From an uncultured delta proteobacterium (lineage in GTDB: Bacteria > Desulfobacterota > Binatia > HRBIN30 > BPIQ01): DNA of 64,000 nt. The DNA lies in assembly GCA_963761335.1 (NCBI GenBank), contig CAVXGR010000012.1:320001-384000 (forward strand), in the 5' to 3' direction. The position numbers were made by a program, and so were the translations under genes. Below, piece by piece: positions 11,073 to 21,204 of the stretch; position 1 is the first letter of the stretch, and each line of letters opens with the position of its first letter. Below the pieces are notes generated by a model, which worked only from the letters and a program-made list of their open reading frames with translations, did not search any database and was not told the DNA's origin.

Positions 11073-11325
11073 GAGTACTGTCTAAGTCGGGGAACATGCC
11101 CCAATGACAGCGACTGCGGTTGTCTTCACGACGGTGCGAGCGCGGGTTCCATCTCCCGCATCTTCTCGCGGGGGTGGGAGGGCCAAGGTGAGGGCGCCGA
11201 TCTCTTTGAACGTCTCAGAAATCACCTTGATCCTCTCCCCGCGGAAAAAGAATGCGGGGAGAGGAGACCTTTCCCCGCGCCGGGGAAGCACAACAGGAAG
11301 GTCGGATCGGCAATTTAGGACACCC
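11073..11325. repeat. ~255 bp MITE/REP-like dispersed element, copy 1
   Basis: Reverse complement matches 41012-41274 over most of its length; contains TCCTCTCCCC..GGGGAGAGGA hairpins. Confidence 0.85.
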
Positions 11326-11407
11326 TCCACCGCCGCAGCTGCCTTGATTCACCTATGCCCGCGTGGTACCAAAACGCGTTTCACAAGTCCCGCCAGGAGG
11401 TTTCCCT

Positions 11408-12163
11408 GTGAAAATTCTCGTAACTGCGAAGCGCGTCCCGGATCCCAACTCGTCCATCAAAGTGAAGCCGGACGGCAGCGGCATCGTCACCGATGGCTTG
11501 AAGTTCGTCGTCAACCCGTTCGACGAGATCGCCATCGAAGAAGCGCTCCGCATCAAGGAGAAGGTCGGCGGCAGCGAGGTGGTGCTGGTCAGCATCGGCG
11601 ACAAAACCTCACAGGAGCAGCTGCGCACCGGGCTGGCCATGGGTGCGGACCGCGCCATTCTGGTGCTCTGCAGCGACGAGCTCGACTCGCTGGCGGTGGC
11701 GCGCGTGCTGCAGAAGGTGGTCGAGAACGAGAAGCCCGACCTCGTCATCATGGGCAAGCAGGCGATCGACGACGACTCGAACCAGGCGGGTCAGATGCTC
11801 GCCGAGCTGCTCGGCTGGCCCCAGGCCACCTTTGCGTCGAAGGTAGACCTCGGCACCGATCAGAAGTCGGCCACCGTGGTGCGCGAGGTCGATGGCGGGC
11901 TGGAGACGGTCAGCGCGCCGCTGCCGGCGATCATCACCGCCGACCTGCGCCTCAACGAGCCCCGCTACGCTTCGCTCCCCGGCATCATGAAGGCGCGCAA
12001 GAAGGAGCTGAAGGAGATCCCCATCGCCGATCTCGGCGTCGATGCGACGCTGAAGACCACGATCCTCAAGCTCGAGCCGCCGCCGAAGCGCCAGGCGGGC
12101 AAGAAGGTGGGCTCGGTGCAGGAGCTTCTCGAGCTGCTGCACACCGAGGCCAAGGTCATCTGA
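11408..12163 (+). CDS. etfB: Electron transfer flavoprotein beta subunit
   Basis: KRVPD, NPFDEIAIEEALR, GKQAIDDD, VREVDGG, LNEPRYASLPGIMKA; GTG start after AGGAG. Confidence 0.96.
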   Translation: MKILVTAKRVPDPNSSIKVKPDGSGIVTDGLKFVVNPFDEIAIEEALRIKEKVGGSEVVLVSIGDKTSQEQLRTGLAMGADRAILVLCSDELDSLAVARVLQKVVENEKPDLVIMGKQAIDDDSNQAGQMLAELLGWPQATFASKVDLGTDQKSATVVREVDGGLETVSAPLPAIITADLRLNEPRYASLPGIMKARKKELKEIPIADLGVDATLKTTILKLEPPPKRQAGKKVGSVQELLELLHTEAKVI

Positions 12164-12190
12164 GCGGAACTCCGCGGGAGGATTGAATCA

Positions 12191-13159
12191 ATGGGCAACG
12201 TTCTCGTTTTCGCCGAACACCAGCACGGAAAATTCCCCAAGAGCACCCTGGTCGCCGTGGCCGCCGGCAAGGCGGCCGCCGAGAAGGCCGGCGGCGAGCT
12301 GTACGGCGCCGTCCTCGGCAAGGGAGTCGAAGCGCTCGGCGCCGAGCTGGCCGAGTACGGCGTGAAGAAGGTCTTCGCCGCCGACGACGCGGCGCTCGAG
12401 CACTACGTCGCCGACGCCTACGCCTCCGGGCTGGCGCAGATCGCCAAGGACAACGGCGTCTCTCTGGTGGTCGGCACCGCCTCGGCAATGGGCAAGGACC
12501 TGCTGCCCCGCGTCGCCGTGCGCCTCGGCGCCGGTATGCTGAGCGAGGTCACCGGCATCGTCGATGGCAATACTTTCCAGCGGCCGATGTGGGCCGGCAA
12601 CGTCATCGCCACCGTCAAGCTGGAGGGCGACGTGGGCGTGATCAGCGTGCGCGCCACCGCCTTCGACGCCGCCAAGAAGGACGGCAAGGGCGAGGTGCAG
12701 AAGGTGGCGGTGTCCATCGACGAGGCGAGCAAGAAGATGAAGTTCGTCGAGTTCGCCGAGACCAAGTCGGACCGCCCGGTGCTCACCGAGGCGCGCATCG
12801 TGGTCTCCGGCGGCCGCGGCCTGAAGTCGGGAGAAAACTTCACCACCTACCTCGAGCCCCTGGTCGATGCCATGGGCGCGGCGATGGGCGCCAGCCGCGC
12901 CGCCGTCGACGCCGGCTTCGTGCCCAACGATCTGCAGGTCGGGCAGACGGGCAAGGTCGTCGCCCCGGAGCTCTACATCGCCGTCGGCATCTCCGGCGCC
13001 ATTCAGCACCTCGCCGGCATGAAGGACTCCAAGGTCATCGTCGCCATCAACAAGGACGAGGAGGCACCGATCTTCCAGGTGGCCGACTACGGCCTGGTCG
13101 GCGACCTCTTCAAGGTCGTCCCCGAGATGACCGAAGAGGTCAAGAAGATGAAGCACTAG
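12191..13159 (+). CDS. etfA: Electron transfer flavoprotein alpha subunit
   Basis: [57 protein letters not shown]. Confidence 0.96.
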   Translation: MGNVLVFAEHQHGKFPKSTLVAVAAGKAAAEKAGGELYGAVLGKGVEALGAELAEYGVKKVFAADDAALEHYVADAYASGLAQIAKDNGVSLVVGTASAMGKDLLPRVAVRLGAGMLSEVTGIVDGNTFQRPMWAGNVIATVKLEGDVGVISVRATAFDAAKKDGKGEVQKVAVSIDEASKKMKFVEFAETKSDRPVLTEARIVVSGGRGLKSGENFTTYLEPLVDAMGAAMGASRAAVDAGFVPNDLQVGQTGKVVAPELYIAVGISGAIQHLAGMKDSKVIVAINKDEEAPIFQVADYGLVGDLFKVVPEMTEEVKKMKH

Positions 13160-13189
13160 GAGGCGGGGCAGAGCTCCGCCTCGCCTCCT
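13158..13189. terminator. GC-rich hairpin between convergent genes (possible bidirectional terminator)
   Basis: aggaggcggggc/gcctcgcctcct 12 bp stem; no long U tract. Confidence 0.45.
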
Positions 13190-14314
13190 TCAACGCGGCA
13201 ATTTCTCCCCCAGCTCGATCACCACGTCGTTGTCGGCCGGAGGGCGGTCGCTGAAGGCGTTGACGAAGGCCGCCAGCGCCGGGCTCTCCAGCTCCTCGGC
13301 GGTGTAGGCGAACTGCTCGTCGCCTTCCGCCATGCGCGGCCACCAATCGCGCAGCCGCACCGCGGCGCGAGCGGCGTGCGCCTCGTCCAGCTTGAACGGC
13401 TGTCCCCGCAGCGCGTCGCAGACCACCTCCTCGAAGACGTCGGTGGCAAAGGCGCGCGACTGCTCCTGGAGCCGCGGCATGCTGGGGATCGCTTGCAGGC
13501 GCCGGCTGCGCACCTCCAGCCGGCCGTCGTGCAGGTCGAGGACCCGGTAGGCGTGCGGAAAGGACGCGATCGACGAGGTGACGATGTTGTAGAGGCCGTC
13601 CTCCTCCTTGATGTCCTGCATGTGCAGGTGGCCGGACAGGGTCAGGCGCACGCCGTGGCGCCGCAACACCTGCTTCAGAGCAGGCGCATTGATCACGTGA
13701 AACCAGGAGAACATCGGACTGGTGGCCTCTCCCGGAACATGGTCGACGATGCTGTGATGCAGCATGAGAACGACCTCTCGCCCGGCGTGGCGGGCTTCGC
13801 GCAGGTCCTCCTCGAGCCAGGCCAGGACCGCGTCGCTGATCTCGCCGTGATCGCTGTCCGGCTTCGGCGAGCACAGGGCCACCAGGTGCACGTCCGGCGC
13901 CGGATCAGCGCTGTACGCCAGCCGTCCGCTATCATCGAAGCCGAAATCCCCGTACAGCCGGGGAATCTCGCGCAGGCGCACCAGCTCGACGTCGCCATCG
14001 AGATAGTCCAGCGGCCGCAGCGCTTCCGGCCGCGGCTGATCGTGGTTTCCCGGAATGCAGTACGTGGGGCGGCGCAGGCGGGTGAGCAGCTCGCGTGCGC
14101 GGTCGTGGTTGTAGGGCTCCGAGTCCTTGGTCATGTCGCCCGCCACCAGGACGAAGTCGATCGACGGCAGCGCGTTGATCTCGTCGATCGCCGCCTCCAG
14201 CAGCTCGACGCTGTGACGATAGAGGGTCGGCTCCGGAATCGGCGGCGGCTCCCAGCCGGTGGACGGATTGGGAACGGTGACGTGCGGATCGGTCAGCAGG
14301 ACGAAGCGAGCCAT
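13190..14314 (-). CDS. Calcineurin-like metallophosphoesterase (CpdA-like)
   Basis: DPH, AGDMT, PGNHD, MLHH, SGHLH metal-binding motifs. Confidence 0.9.
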   Translation of the reverse strand: MARFVLLTDPHVTVPNPSTGWEPPPIPEPTLYRHSVELLEAAIDEINALPSIDFVLVAGDMTKDSEPYNHDRARELLTRLRRPTYCIPGNHDQPRPEALRPLDYLDGDVELVRLREIPRLYGDFGFDDSGRLAYSADPAPDVHLVALCSPKPDSDHGEISDAVLAWLEEDLREARHAGREVVLMLHHSIVDHVPGEATSPMFSWFHVINAPALKQVLRRHGVRLTLSGHLHMQDIKEEDGLYNIVTSSIASFPHAYRVLDLHDGRLEVRSRRLQAIPSMPRLQEQSRAFATDVFEEVVCDALRGQPFKLDEAHAARAAVRLRDWWPRMAEGDEQFAYTAEELESPALAAFVNAFSDRPPADNDVVIELGEKLPR

Positions 14315-14364
14315 GATTCCGCAACCTGCCATGGTTTCGAGGCGAAGCCCAGAGCGCACATCGT

Positions 14365-14427
14365 GCTCGGTTGCTCGGTGACTCGGTGGCTCAGAGACTC
14401 GGCAGCTCGGGGCTCGGTGACCCAGCG
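14365..14427. repeat. Degenerate 8-bp tandem repeat (RCTCGGTG), about 8 units
   Basis: gctcggtt gctcggtg actcggtg gctcagag actcggca gctcggg gctcggtg acccagcg. Confidence 0.7.
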
Positions 14428-14500
14428 GCGGAGGCGGCTCTTGAATCGGAGCGGCGGCCGACCTACGGTGCCTGGTCGACGATCTTCGCGGGGAGAGTGC

Positions 14501-15730
14501 ATGGATCTATGCTACAGCGCCGAGTACGAAGCCTTTCGCAAGGAAGTTCAGGATTTTCTCGCGGCCCACTGGACCGCGGATGACATCGCCGCGGCCCCCG
14601 CCGGAGACGACGAGAGAGCCGCGATGATGGGCGGCGTGATCCGCACCGACGAGCGCGCCACCGCGTTTCGCCTGAAGGCAATCGAGCGCGGCTATCTCTA
14701 CCGCCACGTGCCGCGCCGCTACGGCGGCGGCGAGCAGCCGCCCGATCCCCTGAAGGGCGTCATCATCCACGAGGAGTTTCGCCGGGCACGCGCTCCCCAT
14801 GAGGTGATCGGCCAGGGGCCCGGCATGCTGGTACCCACCCTCATCGAGCACGGCACCGAGAAGCAGAAGGAGCTCTTCGTCCGCGACACCCTGCTCGGCA
14901 AGATCAAGTGGTGCCAGGGCTACAGCGAGCCGAACGCCGGCAGCGACCTCGCCTCGCTGCGCACCCGCGCCGAGATCGACGGCGACTTCTGGACGATCAA
15001 CGGACACAAGATCTGGACCTCCGACGCGCAACACGCCGAATGGATGTTCTGTCTCGTGCGCAGTGAGCCCGAGGCCCCCAAGCACGACGGCATCACCTAC
15101 GTGCTCATCGACATGAAGACCCCGGGGATCACCGTGCGCCCGCTGCGGCAGATGACCGGCACCGCCGACTTCAACGAGGTCTTCCTCGACAACGTCCGCG
15201 TGCCTCTGGAGAACACCGTCGGCAAGCGCGGCCAGGGCTGGGTGGTGAGCCGCTCGACACTGAAGCACGAGCGCGCCATGATCGGCGGCTCCTTGATGAA
15301 CCGCCGCATGTTCGACGGTGTTCTCATGCTGGCCCAAGGCGTCATCCTGCGCGGCCAGCCGGCGATCAAGGACCCGCTGCTGCGCAACCGCCTCGTCGAG
15401 ATCGAGGCGGCGTTGCTGGCGAGCGAGTACAACGGCTACCGCCTGCTCACCCTGAGCGCCCGCGGCGAGGACCCCGGCCTAGCGGCCATGGTCACCAAGC
15501 TCTACTCCACCCAGCTCGGCTACCAGATCGGCAAGCTGGCCATGGACATTCTCGGCGACCGCGGCCTGATGGCGCCGGGGGAGCCGTCGGCACCGGCAAT
15601 GGGGATGTTCGTCACCGCGTACATGTGGTCGCTCGGCATCCTGATCGCCGGCGGTGCCGCCAACATCCAGCGCAACATCATCGCCGAGCGCGGCCTCGGT
15701 TTGCCGCGCGACCCGTCAACCAAGCGCTAA
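14501..15730 (+). CDS. Acyl-CoA dehydrogenase (catalytic-type subunit)
   Basis: WCQGYSEPNAGSDLASL, GHKIWTS, FNEVFLDNVRVP, TLKHER, NIQRNIIAERGLGLPR. Confidence 0.93.
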   Translation: MDLCYSAEYEAFRKEVQDFLAAHWTADDIAAAPAGDDERAAMMGGVIRTDERATAFRLKAIERGYLYRHVPRRYGGGEQPPDPLKGVIIHEEFRRARAPHEVIGQGPGMLVPTLIEHGTEKQKELFVRDTLLGKIKWCQGYSEPNAGSDLASLRTRAEIDGDFWTINGHKIWTSDAQHAEWMFCLVRSEPEAPKHDGITYVLIDMKTPGITVRPLRQMTGTADFNEVFLDNVRVPLENTVGKRGQGWVVSRSTLKHERAMIGGSLMNRRMFDGVLMLAQGVILRGQPAIKDPLLRNRLVEIEAALLASEYNGYRLLTLSARGEDPGLAAMVTKLYSTQLGYQIGKLAMDILGDRGLMAPGEPSAPAMGMFVTAYMWSLGILIAGGAANIQRNIIAERGLGLPRDPSTKR

Positions 15731-15758
15731 CGGCGCCGGCGCGGAGGGGATCAACTCG

Positions 15759-16832
15759 ATGGATTTCGGACTTTCTCAGGACCAGTTGATGCTGAAGGAC
15801 ACGCTGCGCCGCTACCTCGAGGGCGAGTGTCCGACGACGCGCGTGCGCCAGATCATGGAGAGCGACAGCGGCCACGATCCGGCGCTGTGGGCCGGCCTCG
15901 TCGAGCTCGGCGTCGGCGGCCTGATCGTTCCCGCCGAGCACGGCGGCTCGGGGCTCGAGCTGCTCGACCTGGCGCTGACATCGGAAGAGCTCGGCTACGC
16001 GGCAACGCCCGGCCCCTTCCTGGGTCACTCGCTGGCAGCGCTGGCGTTCCGCGAGGCGGGCGAGGGCACCTGGCTGCCGCGGCTGGCGAGCGGTGAGACC
16101 CTCGCCACGGTCGCCATCGGCGAGGACGAGTCGCAGTGGGATCCCCGCCAGCTGCGCACCTCGGTGGAGAGAGACAAGCTGAACGGCGACAAGCCGCTCG
16201 TCCCCTACGCCGCCGAAGCCGATCTGCTCGTGGTCGCCGCCCGCCAGGGCGACGAGCCCGGTCTCTGGATCGTCGAGCGCGGCGCTCCGGGAATGGAGAT
16301 CACCGCCGTCTCCGGAGTGGACGCCACCCGTCGGGTGCACACCGTCACCTTCTCGGGCACGCCGGCCCGCCGCCTGGCCGGCGCCGAGGAGCTGTGCCGG
16401 CTCGTCGACGCCGGACTGGTGCTGATCGCCGCCGACGCCTACGGGGGCTCGCGTCGCTGCATGGACATGACCGTGACCTACGTGCAGCAGCGCGAGCAGT
16501 TCGGCCAGATCATCGGCGCCTTCCAGGCGGTCAAGCATCAGCTGGCCAACGCCGTCACCGACCTCGAGCCGGCGCTGTCGCTCTGGTGGTACGCGGCGCA
16601 CGCCTTCGATCACATCCGCGAGCAGTCCTCGCGGCACGCCTCTCTGGCCAAGGCGCACCTCACCGACCTCTTCGATCGCATCACCCGCGACACCACCGAG
16701 CTGCACGGGGGCATCGGCTTCACCTGGGAGTACGACCTCCATCTGTGGTTCCGGCGCGCCGTCTTCGACCGCAGCTTTCTCGGCGAGGCAAACTATCACC
16801 GGGCTCGCGCCGCCGAGCTGGCCGGGTGGTGA
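15759..16832 (+). CDS. Acyl-CoA dehydrogenase (short partner subunit, FadE27-like)
   Basis: MDFGLS, REQFGQIIGAFQAVKH, LHGGIGFTWEYDLHLWFRR. Confidence 0.92.
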   Translation: MDFGLSQDQLMLKDTLRRYLEGECPTTRVRQIMESDSGHDPALWAGLVELGVGGLIVPAEHGGSGLELLDLALTSEELGYAATPGPFLGHSLAALAFREAGEGTWLPRLASGETLATVAIGEDESQWDPRQLRTSVERDKLNGDKPLVPYAAEADLLVVAARQGDEPGLWIVERGAPGMEITAVSGVDATRRVHTVTFSGTPARRLAGAEELCRLVDAGLVLIAADAYGGSRRCMDMTVTYVQQREQFGQIIGAFQAVKHQLANAVTDLEPALSLWWYAAHAFDHIREQSSRHASLAKAHLTDLFDRITRDTTELHGGIGFTWEYDLHLWFRRAVFDRSFLGEANYHRARAAELAGW

Positions 16833-16854
16833 CCCACCCCTGCGACCGCCGGCA

Positions 16855-17991
16855 ATGATCTGGGCGATCGGCCTGCTGGCGGCAATCTGGACGGGCTACG
16901 CTCTCTTCGACCGCCGCTGGCGCATCGCGCCGCGCTTGCGGCCGAACCCCGAGACGAAACCTGCCGCGGCCCGCGTGGTCGCCGTGGTGCCGGCGCGGGA
17001 CGAGGCCGCAGAGCTGCCGCGGACTCTCCCCTGGCTCCTCGGGCAGGCATACACCGATCTCTCCGTGGTTCTCGTCGACGATCACTCCACCGACGGCACG
17101 GCAGAGGTGGCGCGACGCCTCGCCATCGAGGCGGGCGCTGGCGATCGACTCCTGGTGATCACACCGCCGCCTCTGCCGCCGGGATGGACCGGCAAGGTGT
17201 GGGCGCAGCACCACGGTGTGGAGCGCGCCCGCGCTCTCGGACCGGAGTGGATCTGGCTGACCGACGCCGACATTCGCCATGACGCCGGCGTGCTCGGGCG
17301 CCTGCTGGCCACCGCCGCCCGCGAACGCCGCGATCTCGTCTCGGTGATGGCGCGCCTGCGCTGTCAGACGCGTTGGGAGAAGCTGCTGATTCCAGCCTTC
17401 ACCTACTTCTTCGCCGGCCTCTATCCCTTCCCCCGAGTCGGCGACGACCGCTCGCGAGTGGCGGGCGCCGCCGGGGGCTGCGTGCTGGTACGCACCGAGG
17501 TTCTCGAGCGCATCGGCGGCATGCGCGCCATCCGCGACGCGGTGATCGACGACGTCTCCCTCGGGCGCGCCTGCAAAGCTGCCGGCGCGCGCCTCTGGCT
17601 CGGCTACGACCGCGGCGTCAACTCGACCCGGGGCTATGACACTCTCGGCAGCATCTGGGACATGGTGGCGCGCAGCGCCTACACGCAGCTGCGCTACAAC
17701 CCGCTGGCCTTGCTCGGCTGCGTGCTCGGTCTCGCCTATCTCTTCTTTCTTCCCGTCGCCGCCGCTCTCTTCGCTTCCGGGCCGGCGCAGCTGCTCGGGC
17801 TCATCGCCTACGCCGCCATGGTGCGCACCTACTCACCGATGGTCGCTTATCTCTGCAGACGGCGGGCCTGGTCGCTGCTGCTGCCCCTATCGGCCGGGCT
17901 CTACGCGGCGATGACGGTCAGCAGCGCCTGGCGCCATCACGCCGGCGGCGGCGCCGCCTGGAAGGGGCGCGCCTACGGCGTGGGGGAGTGA
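16855..17991 (+). CDS. hpnB: GT2 glycosyltransferase, hopanoid-associated HpnB-like
   Basis: VPARDEA, VDDHSTDGT, GWTGKVWA, TDADI, GAAGGC, IDDVSL, WDMVARSAYTQL, WKGR. Confidence 0.8.
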   Translation: MIWAIGLLAAIWTGYALFDRRWRIAPRLRPNPETKPAAARVVAVVPARDEAAELPRTLPWLLGQAYTDLSVVLVDDHSTDGTAEVARRLAIEAGAGDRLLVITPPPLPPGWTGKVWAQHHGVERARALGPEWIWLTDADIRHDAGVLGRLLATAARERRDLVSVMARLRCQTRWEKLLIPAFTYFFAGLYPFPRVGDDRSRVAGAAGGCVLVRTEVLERIGGMRAIRDAVIDDVSLGRACKAAGARLWLGYDRGVNSTRGYDTLGSIWDMVARSAYTQLRYNPLALLGCVLGLAYLFFLPVAAALFASGPAQLLGLIAYAAMVRTYSPMVAYLCRRRAWSLLLPLSAGLYAAMTVSSAWRHHAGGGAAWKGRAYGVGE

Positions 17992-18413
17992 GCCCCTGCG
18001 GCCGGCACCAGGCGCAGCGTCATCGGGTGCGAGAAGAGGTGCACGAAGATGTCGCTCCAGTACTTGTCGGCCATGGCCTTGGCCACGGCCTCGGCCATCT
18101 GCGGCGCCTCTTGGATTTCGATGCGGTCGAACTCCTGTCCGGCGACCTTGACGGCGATGTAGGGGGCTGTCTTGTTCTTCTGAATCCTGCCCGCAGCGCG
18201 CGATCCCAGGCGGACGTAGAGCTGATCGTCGATCACCACCAACCAGACAGGGAACCAATACTCGCCCTCCTCGGGGCCGACGGTGCGCATCTCCAGCGTC
18301 TGCTCGTCCTTGAAGGCGCTGGGGTTCCATTCCGCGGCGCCCGCCATCGCCGGCGCCAGAGCGCTCCAGACAAACACCAGGCAGAGAGTGGCACGTTGCA
18401 GGCGGTCGGTCAT
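17973..18413 (-). CDS. Exported DUF2255-like / split-barrel protein
   Basis: Signal peptide, PVWLVVIDDQLYVR, AMADKY. Confidence 0.6.
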   Translation of the reverse strand: MTDRLQRATLCLVFVWSALAPAMAGAAEWNPSAFKDEQTLEMRTVGPEEGEYWFPVWLVVIDDQLYVRLGSRAAGRIQKNKTAPYIAVKVAGQEFDRIEIQEAPQMAEAVAKAMADKYWSDIFVHLFSHPMTLRLVPAAGAHSPTP

Positions 18414-18496
18414 GTCGGGTCTCCTCCTCCGTTTCCCGGTTGCCCGGTCTATTCGGGTCTCATAGTGCGGAACGGCCAGCGGCGCCAATCGCCCAG

Positions 18497-19807
18497 CTAG
18501 GCCTCGTCGTCGGCGCGCCCGCGCGGGCTCCCGTCGATGCCGTCGAGCGCCGGGATGTCGTTCGGGGATCCGGCCCCGAGATCGCGAAAGCGCCGCGCCG
18601 TGACCAGCACCCGGCTCTCGAGCGAGCCGACGGCGCTGTTGTAGCTCTCCACGGCACGGTGCAGACCGCGGCCGAGATCCTCGAAATGGACCGCGAGAGT
18701 CCGCAGGCGGTCATAGAGACTGCGCCCGAGCTCGCTGATCTCCTCGGCGTTGCGCGCCAGCTTCTCCTGGGTCCAGCCATAGGACACGGCGCGCAGCAGG
18801 GCGATGAGCGTCGTCGGGCTGGCGGGGATGACGCGCCGGCCGGCGCCGTACTCGATGAGCTCCGGATCGCAGCGCAGTGCGGCGTTCAGGAAGGCCTCGC
18901 CCGGGAGAAACATGATGACGAACTCGGGGGTGGGGTGAAACTGGTTCCAGTACTCGCGGCCGCCGAGCGCCGTCATGTGATCGCGCACCTGTCGCGCGTG
19001 CTCGCGAAGCTTGGCCTCCGCCGCCTGCTCTCCATCCGCCTCGATCGCCTCGAGATAGGCGGAGAGCGGCGCCTTGGCGTCGACGACCACGTTCTTCCCT
19101 CCGGGTAGGCGCACCAGCAGATCCGGCCGGAAACGCCCGCCGTCCGCCGACACGACCTGTTGCTCGTAGAAGTCACAGTGGTCGATCATCCCGGCCATCT
19201 CGACGACGCGCCGCAGCTGGATCTCGCCCCAACGGCCGCGCACCGCGGGGGCTCGCAGTGCCTTCACCAGATTCGCCGTCTCGAGCTGCAACTGCTGCTG
19301 GCCGAGCGCCATCAGCTCGACCTGCTTGCCGAGCGCCGAATAGGCCCCGGCGCGCTCCGTCTCGGCCCGCTGCACGGTGTCGTTGACCCTCTGCAGCGAC
19401 TCGCGGATCGGCTGCAGCAGCGCACCGATGGCGGTCTGCCGGTGCTGCAGGTCGCCGGCAGACGCTCTCTGCAGATCCTCGAACGACGACCGCGCCAGCT
19501 GCAGAAAGGCCTCTCCGTTGCGGCGCAGCGCTTCCCCGGAGAGCGCCTGGAATGCCTCCCGAAGCCGCGCTTCGGCGCGATCGAGCAAGGCCACCTTTTC
19601 GGCCGCCTGCAGGCTGCGTTCCTCCAGGCGCGCCGCCAGCGCCGCACGCTCACCAGCAGCGGCGGCCGCCGCCTCGGCAAGCTGCCAGCGGTGCCGCGAG
19701 CGCGATGCGAGCCAGGCCAGCCCGGCGCCGAGGACGAAGCCGGCGGCCGCTGCCAAGAACGGCACCACCTCCGCGCGGGCTCCGAGCCAGGACAGCGCAA
19801 CCTCCAT
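18497..19807 (-). CDS. rmuC: DNA recombination protein RmuC
   Basis: N-terminal TM helix and coiled coil, [45 protein letters not shown]. Confidence 0.94.
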   Translation of the reverse strand: MEVALSWLGARAEVVPFLAAAAGFVLGAGLAWLASRSRHRWQLAEAAAAAAGERAALAARLEERSLQAAEKVALLDRAEARLREAFQALSGEALRRNGEAFLQLARSSFEDLQRASAGDLQHRQTAIGALLQPIRESLQRVNDTVQRAETERAGAYSALGKQVELMALGQQQLQLETANLVKALRAPAVRGRWGEIQLRRVVEMAGMIDHCDFYEQQVVSADGGRFRPDLLVRLPGGKNVVVDAKAPLSAYLEAIEADGEQAAEAKLREHARQVRDHMTALGGREYWNQFHPTPEFVIMFLPGEAFLNAALRCDPELIEYGAGRRVIPASPTTLIALLRAVSYGWTQEKLARNAEEISELGRSLYDRLRTLAVHFEDLGRGLHRAVESYNSAVGSLESRVLVTARRFRDLGAGSPNDIPALDGIDGSPRGRADDEA

Positions 19808-19953
19808 GGGCCTCCTCCCCTCTCACCACAGAGTGCAGCTTACGCGCAAGCGAGGGCAGCAGGCAAACCACGGCGGGAGGCGTCTCGGGCTGGGGCGCGC
19901 GGCCTTGGGAGCGCGGCTCGACTCGCGCGCCCGCTTCTGCGAAAACTCGCCTG

Positions 19954-21135
19954 ATGACAACGGAGGGCGGCGGACTCATCGAAACGGCTGCGGGGATCCG
20001 CGAGCTGAGTGAGCGACTCGAGGACTGCAAGCGGGTCGGACTGGATACCGAGTTCGTCGGCGAGCGCACCTATGTCCCACAGCTGGAGCTGCTGCAGGTC
20101 TCGTTCGACGACGACACCGCGGTGGTGGACTGCCGGGCCGTCGCCTCGCTCGAGCCGCTGCTGCGGGTTCTGCTCGAGCGTCGCATCGAGAAGGTGGTGC
20201 ACGCCGGATATCAGGATCTGGAGCTGCTCTTCGGTCTCACCGGAGAGGTGCCATCCCCGGTCTTCGATACCCAGGTGGCCGCGGCCATGCTCGGCTACGG
20301 TGCCCAGCCCGGCTACGCGGCGCTCGTGGAGCGAGTCCTGCGGACGACGCTCGCCAAGAGCGAGACTCTCACTGACTGGTCCCGCCGGCCATTGTCCGCG
20401 AGCCAGATTGCCTATGCCCACGACGACGTTCTCCATCTCCTGCCGTTGCGAGAGCAACTCGGCGAGCGCCTGGAGAAAATGGGGCGTATGGAATGGTTGC
20501 GGGAAGAGCTGCGCCGCCTCGAGGATTCGCAGACTTACCGGCGCCCCGGCCCGGCCGAGAGCTACCTGCGGGTGCGAGGCCGCGGCGGCCTGAGCCACCG
20601 CGGCCTCGCCATCCTGCGCGAGCTGGCGACCTGGCGCGAGGAGGAGGCCGAGCGCCGCAACCGCCCGCGCGGCAGCATTCTCAGCGACGACCTCCTCGTC
20701 GAGATCGCCCGCCGCGCGCCGCAGCGAGTCGAGTCGCTGCGCAACTTTCGCGGCCAGTTCGCCCGGGTCGTCGAGCGGCATGCCTCTGCCATCGTCGAGC
20801 TCGTCGAAAAGGCGCTGGCGTTGCCGCGCGAGGCGTGGCCGCACCCGCCCAGTCATCGGCCCCTCGCCCAGCCGGCGCCCGGTGTCGTCGAGATCCTCCA
20901 GGCGGCGCTGCGGCTGAGCGCCGAGGCGGCACAGATCGCCCCGGCAATGGTGGCCACCAACGCCGATCTGCAGGCGCTGGTGGACGCCCACGAGACGGGC
21001 AGCGAGGCCAATCTGCCGCTCTTGAGCGGCTGGCGCTACGAGATCGCCGGTGCCAACCTGATCGCCCTGCTGCGCGGCGAGGCCTCCCTGCGGATCGATC
21101 CCCGCAATGGCCGGCTACAGATCGAGCGGGGCTGA
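19954..21135 (+). CDS. rnd: Ribonuclease D (DEDDy exonuclease + HRDC)
   Basis: GLDTEF, VHAG.QDLE, FDTQVAA, TDWSRRPLS..Q..YA.DD, WREEEA..RN.P, GWR. Confidence 0.93.
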   Translation: MTTEGGGLIETAAGIRELSERLEDCKRVGLDTEFVGERTYVPQLELLQVSFDDDTAVVDCRAVASLEPLLRVLLERRIEKVVHAGYQDLELLFGLTGEVPSPVFDTQVAAAMLGYGAQPGYAALVERVLRTTLAKSETLTDWSRRPLSASQIAYAHDDVLHLLPLREQLGERLEKMGRMEWLREELRRLEDSQTYRRPGPAESYLRVRGRGGLSHRGLAILRELATWREEEAERRNRPRGSILSDDLLVEIARRAPQRVESLRNFRGQFARVVERHASAIVELVEKALALPREAWPHPPSHRPLAQPAPGVVEILQAALRLSAEAAQIAPAMVATNADLQALVDAHETGSEANLPLLSGWRYEIAGANLIALLRGEASLRIDPRNGRLQIERG

Positions 21136-21204
21136 GCTCGGCATGCCCGGTCGTTCGCACCTCTCGGCACACGCCTCGAGCCTCAGCGAGCGCGGCAGAT
21201 AAAG

